Source: an uncultured Holophaga sp. (GTDB lineage: Bacteria > Acidobacteriota > Holophagae > Holophagales > Holophagaceae). From it: 64,000 nucleotides of DNA. Positions within the stretch are counted from its first letter, which is position 1; every line of letters starts with the position of its first letter. The stretch is from positions 1,984,001-2,048,000 of the forward strand of contig OY761614.1 of assembly GCA_963664825.1 (NCBI GenBank), given 5' to 3'. Of this stretch, positions 30,601-38,006 are shown in pieces. Both the position numbers and the translations under genes were made by a program. The notes under the pieces are model-generated. The model did not search any database. It had not been told where the DNA came from and saw only the letters and a program-made list of their open reading frames with translations.

Positions 30601-32108
30601 CTCATCGCCTAGGTGTGAATGGCACACCGTATTTATATTTCCTGGATCTTCCCGCCAGCGGCAAGCGCAGCGGAAACGGGATGATGGATATCGGCAGTTC
30701 AGAACGGGCCACCCTGATCATGGGGCTCGGCAAGGGGGGGCGCAGCTACTATGCCATCGATGTCCGGGATCCTTTTGCGCCGAAGCTTGGCGGCAGTGGA
30801 GACGATGCAATCACTGGATGGGCCCTCGTCCCTGATGAAGACACCAGCTATCCCGCTAAGATTTTTGAACCCTCAACGCCTGACACGGCGATCATCCCCA
30901 ACATGGGTTGGTCGACCTGCCAGCCCACGATCGGGCGGGTCCTGACCGGGACCGGTACCACGCAGAAGATCAGGGACGTTGTGTTCCTGGGAGGCGGCTT
31001 CAGTCTTCCCGAGATCGAGAAGAACTATCCCACGGCGGGTGCGAAGACCCCCTTGGGCCGTTCTGTGCTGGCCTTGGATGTGGCTAACGGCCATGTTGTG
31101 CAGACTTGGAACCTCGCTGGTTATGGCCCCGTGGGGGCGGGCGTCATGCCGATGACGGTCACGACCTACTCGGGATTGACCCAGCGGGCCTACTTCACGG
31201 ATTTCTTCGGAGGCCTCTGGGCCTTGGGTTCCACTGCGGATAACACAGCGACGGGCATGTCAGGGTTCCGGGTGGATTCTAGCAACCTTGGCGACTGGTC
31301 TACCACGCCACGTCATGTCTACCAGCAGAACATTCCGGATGGCCTGTTGAGCACAATCCCTGCCCCCTTCCTGGTGTCTAATTTCTACCCCAGGACCACT
31401 GCTCCCTATGTGACTCCGCTTACGGTGGGCATCACCCTGGTCAGCGGGGATCGCAACAATCCGATGGATAAGCTCTATACCGGTACTGCAAGCAATACCG
31501 AACCCAGCCAGCACCGCATGACCGTGATTTTCGATCGCCAGGACAGCAACAAACTTGGGCTCGATACCGCCGGTATCAAGACGACCGATTTAGCAGACAT
31601 GAGTGGCCAGAACGATCCTGCCGCCGTAGAGATCCAGCCGGGTAATGCGAGCTTCTATCTTAATAATAAATACGGGTATTACCTGAATTTCCCTGCCCGG
31701 AAATCGACCGATGCCTATGTGGCCAAAGGGCTCGTGTCTCCCATGGTGCTCGCCGGCAAGCTGTTCTACAGCTACTTCTCCCCAACCGGTTATGCGGATG
31801 GGGATCCCTGCAGTGCCGGCATGGGGTCCACGACCACCGTCCAGGTCTGCAACGTGATGCTGCCGACTTTCCCCGGTGTCGGCAAGGTATGGGACTCGAC
31901 CAAAGCGGTCCAGGGCTGTGCCTCGGGTGAGGTGTTTACCTGGGTGGGTTTGGCCAGCCGATTCTCCCCCAAGAGCATCCTTTCCGCTCTGCAGGCCGGC
32001 ATGCTCACCACGACTTCCGGCACGACCACAGGTTTGAAGATCAAGTCCTTCGATGGAACCCTGGCCAAAGCGCTGGCGGGACCCAAGGTTTGGAGAACAG
32101 TACATTAA
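27618..32108 (+). CDS. pilY1: PilY1/PilC-like pilus tip adhesin (vWA N-domain plus beta-propeller)
   Basis: Signal peptide; DFSGS MIDAS, TPL, IIFTDG; C-domain WTGDL, MGDILDSAP, VGTNQG..HAF, ELWAFIP, GLGKGGRSYYAID. Confidence 0.88.
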   Translation: MRHFSRLFSALLALALASPLAAQLNPTWQAPNSPDFLDLYQRSSSTKVKPEIATIFDFSGSMQCLMYHPAYFNNDPNDIGDLSGITFTLSGPAGTMKVTASVGLAWFTSAVLIRPDGTQVTEANVNTTSTTSPVLWGDKSLNGASSQACDVRNWVRAASHIRLTYTGANTNGPNQGTLLPPGVKRTVDLPIPWKVMDATSTGYPLSSMTVKDQYIGTNTDGTTTTYGSGNLLEVDTRYKIQTGFADIAPSTQIRDNNLVLSGDPGAIVTTTKYMIRLNKAYIDWLFTGTYQNTDNTRPDYCTAASGLTGKYIVFDALSITNVGNQTNVGQGQAFGTFGTETINFWDPQAQAYISRSAKYNAIPARDRVQAVKEAAIRTWINYQSRVFWAFRFLDDATESLSGKASTINNNSKTTLGGADPTSTWVSGSDSGWTLLNGASVKGMNRIAALFPYTNTPLTYATARALAQFTDPSSVFGNVETGADAPVQCQKRFLIIFTDGVPSSDHGSELTTDTPYLPSAGALTGDAETGNGNLWDKGAGSLKAAAANINPGNSWWNIFTYAGIAAHLGDSSKTQYSTDNSITTFMNPPTSYPSGDAAPTAFLPFAVQNRGTISISQPYGLITTMTIGVSLGGKYTDAKSAKQRLFLAAAFGDPDRTSWDLNPPDLSATKPLHPNGLTPFALKDPTKPDDPNNTKSANSVYFFDATTPDAIVSGLGFAFKATTAIEQTGSTSVPVIPWIGGGLSDQIYLASFLVPKGGGPVWTGDLRMFPTKTVSLTDTTTGSKTQTLILDNKGAEVPGDLAKENNPGWSAAKILASRAWTTRKIYTRLPSDKTTSNPSIYSIPTSITASDLGTSGSQAKLAAILPGSDVATKLKNLQWMMGADLSDATRVKTRANIMGDILDSAPSFLEYSNPTLSGSLSTAWDAAPSTSRHFRVIFVGTNQGVIHAFGEVSWDNNVGTTATPVYIKAGLVDELWAFIPTDIIKYCDYYQTIGNPHRLGVNGTPYLYFLDLPASGKRSGNGMMDIGSSERATLIMGLGKGGRSYYAIDVRDPFAPKLGGSGDDAITGWALVPDEDTSYPAKIFEPSTPDTAIIPNMGWSTCQPTIGRVLTGTGTTQKIRDVVFLGGGFSLPEIEKNYPTAGAKTPLGRSVLALDVANGHVVQTWNLAGYGPVGAGVMPMTVTTYSGLTQRAYFTDFFGGLWALGSTADNTATGMSGFRVDSSNLGDWSTTPRHVYQQNIPDGLLSTIPAPFLVSNFYPRTTAPYVTPLTVGITLVSGDRNNPMDKLYTGTASNTEPSQHRMTVIFDRQDSNKLGLDTAGIKTTDLADMSGQNDPAAVEIQPGNASFYLNNKYGYYLNFPARKSTDAYVAKGLVSPMVLAGKLFYSYFSPTGYADGDPCSAGMGSTTTVQVCNVMLPTFPGVGKVWDSTKAVQGCASGEVFTWVGLASRFSPKSILSALQAGMLTTTSGTTTGLKIKSFDGTLAKALAGPKVWRTVH

Positions 32109-32237
32109 CAACCTATTCCTCCATGGCCGCGTTCCAGGGGCATTCCGGGCGAGGCGCTTCAACGATCAGTGCACTTCCAATGGTTTGTTTTCGCAATTCA
32201 CACATCGCTTCCGGTAGCGCATCTCCAGGGAGGCCCC

Positions 32238-34307
32238 ATGAACCCAACTTTTTCATGCACATCTGAACTATCGCAAGGAAACCTGGGCCGGATCCTGCGG
32301 GCCAGGGGGGCTGGCATCCTGTTTGCCCTCAGCTTGTTGGGGGTGATTGGGATGAGCACCTCGTGCGGCGGTGGCAGCACACCCACGCCAACGCCCACCC
32401 CGCCCGCTACCACCGGAACGGTCAGCGGCAAGGTGGAGAACTACATCACTGGTCGGGGCATCGGTGGGGCTACGGTGACGGATGGCAAGGCGACCGCCAC
32501 TACCTACGACGATGGCACCTATACAATGTATGTCAGCCCTTCTGATCGGAAGCAGATCACCATCACGGCTTCCAATTTTGGCGGGACCCAGAGGATCACC
32601 AGCATCCTCGCAGGGGGAAGTCGGCAGGTGGATGCCTCCCTGCTGCCCGCCACCCTTCTCGATATTCCTGACCTGGCCTCAGGGGCAACCCTCACCGTGC
32701 CGAACACACCGGCCCAGGTGGTGCTTCCCGCCAATGGTCTGGTGACTTCGGGGGGTGGGGCCCCTAGTTTCCCATTGAAGGCCAGTTTGACCCCTGTGGA
32801 TCCTTCCACGAATCCCGCGTTGATGCCCGGTGACTATACGACCGCCACGGGGCAGATCGAAAGCTTCGGCGCCCTGGAGGTGACCTTCACGGATAGCACC
32901 GGCGCGCGTTTGAATCTGGCTCCCGGGAGAAACGCCACAATCCGGATTCCCTTGGCCTCGTCCTACTGGGGCGGTAATCCCCCGACCACCGTGCCAGCTT
33001 TCTATTTCAATGAAGTCTCCGGGCGCTGGGTTCAGGAGGGCACCTTAACCTTGGGCGGCACCGATCTGGATCAATACTACGAAGGCAGCGTGGCCCACTT
33101 TTCCACCTGGAATGCCGATATGGCTTCCAGTACCGTTTGTCTCACGGGCACGGTGGTTAGAAACAATGGCACTACCTCTGTGGCGGGAGCCGTGGTCACC
33201 GCCAAGGGGGTCGACCCGGTTGTGGATCCGGTCAATGGCTATCTTGGTAGTTACACTGCTATTACCGCCGCGGATGGAACATTCACCCTCTATGTGAAGG
33301 CGAATGCCAAGACAGTGGTGACGGCCAGTGCGGTTACGGCCAGCGGCCTCCCGATTGTGAGCCCAACACCAGATATGGTGGTCACCACCACATCATCCAC
33401 TGCGGTTATTCCCGGGAGCATCATCACCACAAACGGTGTCCCAAGCATCAAGTATCCCGGAAAACTTGTTTGCGATGGCTACCTCAATTTGACCGGAACC
33501 CTGCGGGACTTCTCTCCGTCCACACCCTATATCAGTGCTGTTCTCACACCGCCCATTGTCATTTCCGGATCGGGGATTCCTTATAACTTGAATACCATGG
33601 CGCCTGTGCCTTTTGATCCCCTCACGCCCTGGCTCAATCCCGATTTCGAGGCAGCCTACGGAAGTCAATGGAGCAACATGGTGAAGGGTGACCTGGGGAC
33701 GGATAACAAGCCCGTCTACAACAACCCGGCCTATGCAAAAAGCCTTATCCACAGTGCCGCAACTTTCAAGGCTTGGTTCAATGATTTCCCGGCCCCCCAT
33801 GGCACGAATGACACGGTGCCCTACCAGAAGCTATACACGATTCCCTTGGCGGAGACTGATCCTGACGGTGCCCCTGGTGTCTATACCTATTTGAACGATA
33901 ATCAATTTCCTATTGATGGCCAACTCCAGGGGAATTATATCTATAATAATCCTGGTGATGGCAATGCCATTGACACGAAACACCCAAAAGGGGTCAATAC
34001 AGGCACATCCAGTGGCCACAATTTCCATTACACCTATGAAATTCATACAATGTTTACCTATAAAGCCGGGCAATCCTTCACCTTTAAGGGAGATGATGAT
34101 GTATGGGTGTTCATAAACAAGAAGTTGGTCATCGATCTGGGAGGAGTGCATTCATCGCTGGAAAAAACGGTGAACCTTGACAGCCTTGGGTTGACGCCGG
34201 GGTTGAACTATCAATTCGATTTCTTCTACTGTGAGCGGCACACGACGGAATCTCACATGAGAATCACGACATCTATCGCTTTCCCGAGTAACGATATTCC
34301 ATACTAA
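32238..34307 (+). CDS. Lipoprotein with carboxypeptidase-regulatory-like Ig domains and C-terminal fibro-slime (PA14-like) domain
   Basis: STSC|GGG lipobox, PT linker, VAHFSTWNAD, RDF...PDFE, HNFHYTYE, F.F.GDDDVWVFINKKLVIDLGGVH and FFYCERHT. Confidence 0.85.
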   Translation: MNPTFSCTSELSQGNLGRILRARGAGILFALSLLGVIGMSTSCGGGSTPTPTPTPPATTGTVSGKVENYITGRGIGGATVTDGKATATTYDDGTYTMYVSPSDRKQITITASNFGGTQRITSILAGGSRQVDASLLPATLLDIPDLASGATLTVPNTPAQVVLPANGLVTSGGGAPSFPLKASLTPVDPSTNPALMPGDYTTATGQIESFGALEVTFTDSTGARLNLAPGRNATIRIPLASSYWGGNPPTTVPAFYFNEVSGRWVQEGTLTLGGTDLDQYYEGSVAHFSTWNADMASSTVCLTGTVVRNNGTTSVAGAVVTAKGVDPVVDPVNGYLGSYTAITAADGTFTLYVKANAKTVVTASAVTASGLPIVSPTPDMVVTTTSSTAVIPGSIITTNGVPSIKYPGKLVCDGYLNLTGTLRDFSPSTPYISAVLTPPIVISGSGIPYNLNTMAPVPFDPLTPWLNPDFEAAYGSQWSNMVKGDLGTDNKPVYNNPAYAKSLIHSAATFKAWFNDFPAPHGTNDTVPYQKLYTIPLAETDPDGAPGVYTYLNDNQFPIDGQLQGNYIYNNPGDGNAIDTKHPKGVNTGTSSGHNFHYTYEIHTMFTYKAGQSFTFKGDDDVWVFINKKLVIDLGGVHSSLEKTVNLDSLGLTPGLNYQFDFFYCERHTTESHMRITTSIAFPSNDIPY

Positions 34308-34351
34308 TGGTTATAATGTGCGACTTCTGCGCAACACAAAATGGTTCATAG

Positions 34352-34381
34352 AAAAGGCACCGGCTTCGGCCGGTGCCTTTT
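34352..34381. terminator. Bidirectional rho-independent terminator
   Basis: AAAAGGCACCGGC-TTCG-GCCGGTGCCTTTT between convergent genes. Confidence 0.88.
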
Positions 34382-34399
34382 GCTTAGTGCCGAAGCCTT

Positions 34400-35011
34400 T
34401 CACGGCATCTTCACCGGGAAGCTGCCCTGGCCCTTGGTCTTGAGCTTGGCGGCGGCGGCGTCCATCTCGGCGCGGGTGCCGGGCTTGGCTAGGCGCACCT
34501 TGAAGAGGTTCTTCTCCTTCTGGATCGTGGGCGTGAAGCCTGCGGTCTTGGACTTCCCCGCCACCCGCTTGGCCTCGGTCTCATCGGGGGTGGAGACGAG
34601 CTGGAGGGTCCACTTCTCGCCCCCCTTGGGGGCTTCAGGCTTTTTCACGTCGGGCTTTTTGGCCTCGAGCTTTTTGGCCTCGGGTTCCTTGGGGTCGACC
34701 TTGGGCTCCTGAGGCTTGGGGTCTTCGGCCTTGGCTTCCTCGGGCTTGGTTTCCGCAGGGGGGGCCTCGGGCTTCCGGGTCTTCTCGAATTCCCGGTTAT
34801 CCAGGAGCTTCAGCTGCTCGTCGATGGAGACGGGCAACTCCGTCAGATCCTCGCCCGCCGTGCGGCTCTGGGGCTGGCGCAGGGCGGCGCTCTGCTTGCC
34901 CACCTGGACGCCCAGCACATAGGTCAGGGTGAGCAGACCCACGCCCACGCCCGTCACCAGGAGGATGGTGGCTCGGCTCAGGATGACGGTCTGGGCATCG
35001 TGATTGGGCAT
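34400..35011 (-). CDS. SPOR domain protein (FtsN/DedD-like)
   Basis: Single TM, E/P/K-rich linker and WTLQLVS...FKVRL SPOR domain. Confidence 0.8.
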   Translation of the reverse strand: MPNHDAQTVILSRATILLVTGVGVGLLTLTYVLGVQVGKQSAALRQPQSRTAGEDLTELPVSIDEQLKLLDNREFEKTRKPEAPPAETKPEEAKAEDPKPQEPKVDPKEPEAKKLEAKKPDVKKPEAPKGGEKWTLQLVSTPDETEAKRVAGKSKTAGFTPTIQKEKNLFKVRLAKPGTRAEMDAAAAKLKTKGQGSFPVKMP

Positions 35012-35110
35012 GGTTCAAGGCTACAGAAGAATGCGGGAGGATTTCGAGGATTCTTCTTCAAGTTCCCCCGGACTGACTGATGCCGAGCTGCATTCAAAAA
35101 CATGAAAATG

Positions 35111-35187
35111 CACCACGGAGACACGAAGGACACAGAGAGAAGCCTGAAAGAGCCACGCGTTTCTTGACTGCTTTTCTCCGTGAACTC
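35111..35187. repeat. CACRGAG ~9-nt-unit REP-like element with partial inverted arm
   Basis: CACCACGGAGACACGAAGGACACAGAGAGAAGC ... GCTTTTCTCCGTGAACTC. Confidence 0.5.
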
Positions 35188-36250
35188 ATCCCTTCTCGAT
35201 GAGCAGGGCCACCTGGCTGCCGTGGCTGGCGGGGGCCGTGAGGAGGGTGCGCCGGGAAGCGTCCAGGAGCGCCGCCGCCAGAAGCTGGCCGCCGCTGCCG
35301 CACAATTCGCCCCATAGCAGCTTGGGAAATTTTGATGTGGGCCAATCCGGGTGGGCCTCTCTCAGCGGGGTCTCCAGATCATCCAGCCCCGGGTGGCCAT
35401 TGGAACCGGCGATCCAGCCGTCGAAGGGCCTGGGCGAAAGTCCGCAGGCCGCCTCCCCCAGGGCCCTGGCCCGGGAAGGGGCATCCATCGTGATCGAAGC
35501 GCAGGAGGCATAGCCTTCGAGGGTGGCGCGGATCGGCGCTCCCCGGGTCACGGCGCGCCTGCGCGTCTCCAGCAGGAAGGCCTGGGCCCCTTCTCCCGGC
35601 AGGAAACCCCGGCGGGAGCCCACTTCGGGAAGGCCCTTCCGAAGGGTCAAACGCGTCCTCTGGAACAACTCGGTGAGCAGGGGGAAGAACCCGTCTGTGC
35701 CCACCACCAGGACGGCCTCGGCCATGCCCAGCCGCAGCCAGCGCAGGGCCTGGTCCAGGGCCACCAGGGTGCTGTTCTCCCCGCCGAACTGGGTGAGGCT
35801 GGGGCCATGGAACTGGAAGGCCGTCGCAAGATGGCCGTTGATGGAAGCCGCCACGCTATTGGGGAAGACCATGGGCGAAGCCCCCTCGGGGCCCTGGGCC
35901 AGATAGGGCTTCAGGAAGGCCTCGGCGGCTTCCGAGCCCCCGGCCATGGTGCCCGTGGCCAGGGCGAGCCTATCGCCGAGGCGCTGGGGAGCCAGGTCCG
36001 CATCCTGGAAGGCCTCTCGCGCCGCCACCCAGGCGAAGCGCGTGGCGCGGTCCAGCCGCCGATTGACCATGGCGGGAATGATGCCTGCGGAGCTGAAGGA
36101 GGTGCAGAGCCCGCCGTGGCCCTGACCCAGCCCCGATGGGATTTCGCAGAAGGAGGGCGTCTGAGCCTCCCAGGCGGCCTGGGCGGCCTTGATCCCATCG
36201 CCGCAGGGGAGCACCAGGCCCATTCCCGTGATGACGATATCCACGTTCAT
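35186..36250 (-). CDS. Beta-ketoacyl synthase-like protein lacking the catalytic Cys (chain-length-factor-like)
   Basis: IVITGMG, RRLDR, SPMVFPNSV and PGEGA; catalytic Cys position reads GGENS; C-terminus shortened. Confidence 0.78.
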   Translation of the reverse strand: MNVDIVITGMGLVLPCGDGIKAAQAAWEAQTPSFCEIPSGLGQGHGGLCTSFSSAGIIPAMVNRRLDRATRFAWVAAREAFQDADLAPQRLGDRLALATGTMAGGSEAAEAFLKPYLAQGPEGASPMVFPNSVAASINGHLATAFQFHGPSLTQFGGENSTLVALDQALRWLRLGMAEAVLVVGTDGFFPLLTELFQRTRLTLRKGLPEVGSRRGFLPGEGAQAFLLETRRRAVTRGAPIRATLEGYASCASITMDAPSRARALGEAACGLSPRPFDGWIAGSNGHPGLDDLETPLREAHPDWPTSKFPKLLWGELCGSGGQLLAAALLDASRRTLLTAPASHGSQVALLIEKG

Positions 36251-37446
36251 CGGCCCTCCCAACGCAGCAGGGCCAGGCTCACGTTGTTGCCGCCAAAGGC
36301 GCAGGCGTTGACCAGGGCCGCTCGGAGCCTGCGCGCTTTAGGCACCAGGGGCGTGCAGTCCAGGTCGCAGAGGGGATCGGGCTCTTCCAGGCGCAGGGTG
36401 GGGCTCACCACCTGGTCCCCCAGGGCCAGGAGGGCCAGGGCCGCCCCCAGAACGCCCGCGGCGGCCAGGGTGTGGCCGAACTGGCTCTTGCTGGAGGTCA
36501 CCGACACGCTCCTGGCGGCCGCTCCCAAGGCGCGCTGGATGGCTAAGCATTCCGCGCCGTCATTGGCGGCCGTGGCCGTGCCGTGGGCCGAGACCAGATC
36601 GATCTCCTCGGGCCGGAGATGGGCGATCTGGAGGGCCATGGTCATGGCCCGGGCCGCGCCAGCTCCTTCCGGATGGGGGGCCGTGGCATGGTAGGCGTCC
36701 AGGGAGGCGCCGTAGCCCAGGACCTCCCCCAGGATCAACGCCCCCCGGGCCTTGGCGTGTTCCAGGGATTCCAGCAGGAAATGGCTCGCGCCCTCCCCCA
36801 GGTTGAGGCCCGCCCGGTCCCGGTTGAAGGGACGGCAGGGCCGGGGATCCATGGCCTTGAGGGAGGAAAATCCCGCAAAGGTCGTCCTGCAGAGGCCTTC
36901 CACCCCTCCCGCGATGGCCAGATCCAGATTCCCGCAGGCGATCTGCTCCCAGGCCTGTCCCAGGGCCAGGAGGCTGCTGGAACACGCGTTCATGAGGGTG
37001 CTGCGCGGGCCCATGGCCAGGAAGCGCTGACCCAGGCGATCCGTGAGGGCCGAGGGGCTGTGCCGGAGGGGCTCCGCGGCCCGGCCTCGTCGCCCGGCCA
37101 TCCGCTCGGAGAGGTAGCGTTCCCCGGCGGGATGGCTGGAGGTGGAGGCCCCCTGGAAGACGCCTCGGCGCCTGGGGTCGCCCCGCTCCAGATCCAGACC
37201 GGAATGGCTCAGGCATTCCTCCAGGGCCATGGTGGCCAGCCGTTCGCAGAAGTCCGAAGGCGTAGGGTCGGAGGCGCGCCCGGGCAGATCGATCTCCGCG
37301 GCGATCTGGATCTCTTCCCGCGGCATGCTCAAGTTGCGCAGGGGACCCACGCCGCATTCCCCGGCCAGCACACGGCTCCAGGTGGTCTTCGTGTCCAGGC
37401 CCAGGCTGGTGACGCAGCCCAGGCCCGTGACGACGACCCGCCTCAT
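36247..37446 (-). CDS. Beta-ketoacyl-ACP synthase (FabF/FabB-type KS)
   Basis: RRVVVTGLG, NACSSS, CRPF...GEGA, AHGTAT..ND, SKSQFGHTLAAAG and FGGNN. Confidence 0.92.
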   Translation of the reverse strand: MRRVVVTGLGCVTSLGLDTKTTWSRVLAGECGVGPLRNLSMPREEIQIAAEIDLPGRASDPTPSDFCERLATMALEECLSHSGLDLERGDPRRRGVFQGASTSSHPAGERYLSERMAGRRGRAAEPLRHSPSALTDRLGQRFLAMGPRSTLMNACSSSLLALGQAWEQIACGNLDLAIAGGVEGLCRTTFAGFSSLKAMDPRPCRPFNRDRAGLNLGEGASHFLLESLEHAKARGALILGEVLGYGASLDAYHATAPHPEGAGAARAMTMALQIAHLRPEEIDLVSAHGTATAANDGAECLAIQRALGAAARSVSVTSSKSQFGHTLAAAGVLGAALALLALGDQVVSPTLRLEEPDPLCDLDCTPLVPKARRLRAALVNACAFGGNNVSLALLRWEGR

Positions 37447-37871
37447 TTCCCCAGCTCCAGGGGGGCGCCCTTTTTCACCAGGAGCTTGGCGGTGCAGAGC
37501 ACGCGCCCCTCGCAGCTCACGGTGCCCTCGATGCGCTGGAAGCCCCCGAAGGCGGCCTCCGTATTCACTTCCAGCCGCAGCCGATCCCCGGGATAGGCGG
37601 GGGCCTTGAAGCGGGCATCCACCACCTGGGCCAGGAAGACGGGGACTTCAGCCAAGTCGTCTTCGTCCAGGAAGGCCGCGCTCTGGGCCAGCATCTCGAG
37701 CATCAGGACGCCGGGCACCAGGGGGCGACCGGGCATGTGGCCCTGGAGATAGGGTTCGCTCATGCTCACCAGTTTTTCCGCCACCACCCGCAGGCCGGGT
37801 TCGCGCTCCAGGACCCGGTCCACGAAGAGGAAGGGGAAGCGATGGGGGAGGTGGTCCAGGATGGGGTCCAT
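37443..37871 (-). CDS. fabZ: 3-hydroxyacyl-ACP dehydratase FabZ-like
   Basis: LPHRFPFLFVDRV and GHMPGRPLVPGVLMLEMLAQ. Confidence 0.88.
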   Translation of the reverse strand: MDPILDHLPHRFPFLFVDRVLEREPGLRVVAEKLVSMSEPYLQGHMPGRPLVPGVLMLEMLAQSAAFLDEDDLAEVPVFLAQVVDARFKAPAYPGDRLRLEVNTEAAFGGFQRIEGTVSCEGRVLCTAKLLVKKGAPLELGK

Positions 37872-38006
37872 CAGGGGCGCCCCCACGCTGGCGTGGAAGC
37901 GAGCCTGGCGTCTGCGCTTGGGTTCCCTTCGTTCATCGCCTCTCCGGTGAAAATGATCTTATCCGTTCATGAGGGATGACGCGATGCTCTCCGGGGTAGA
38001 CGGGCC

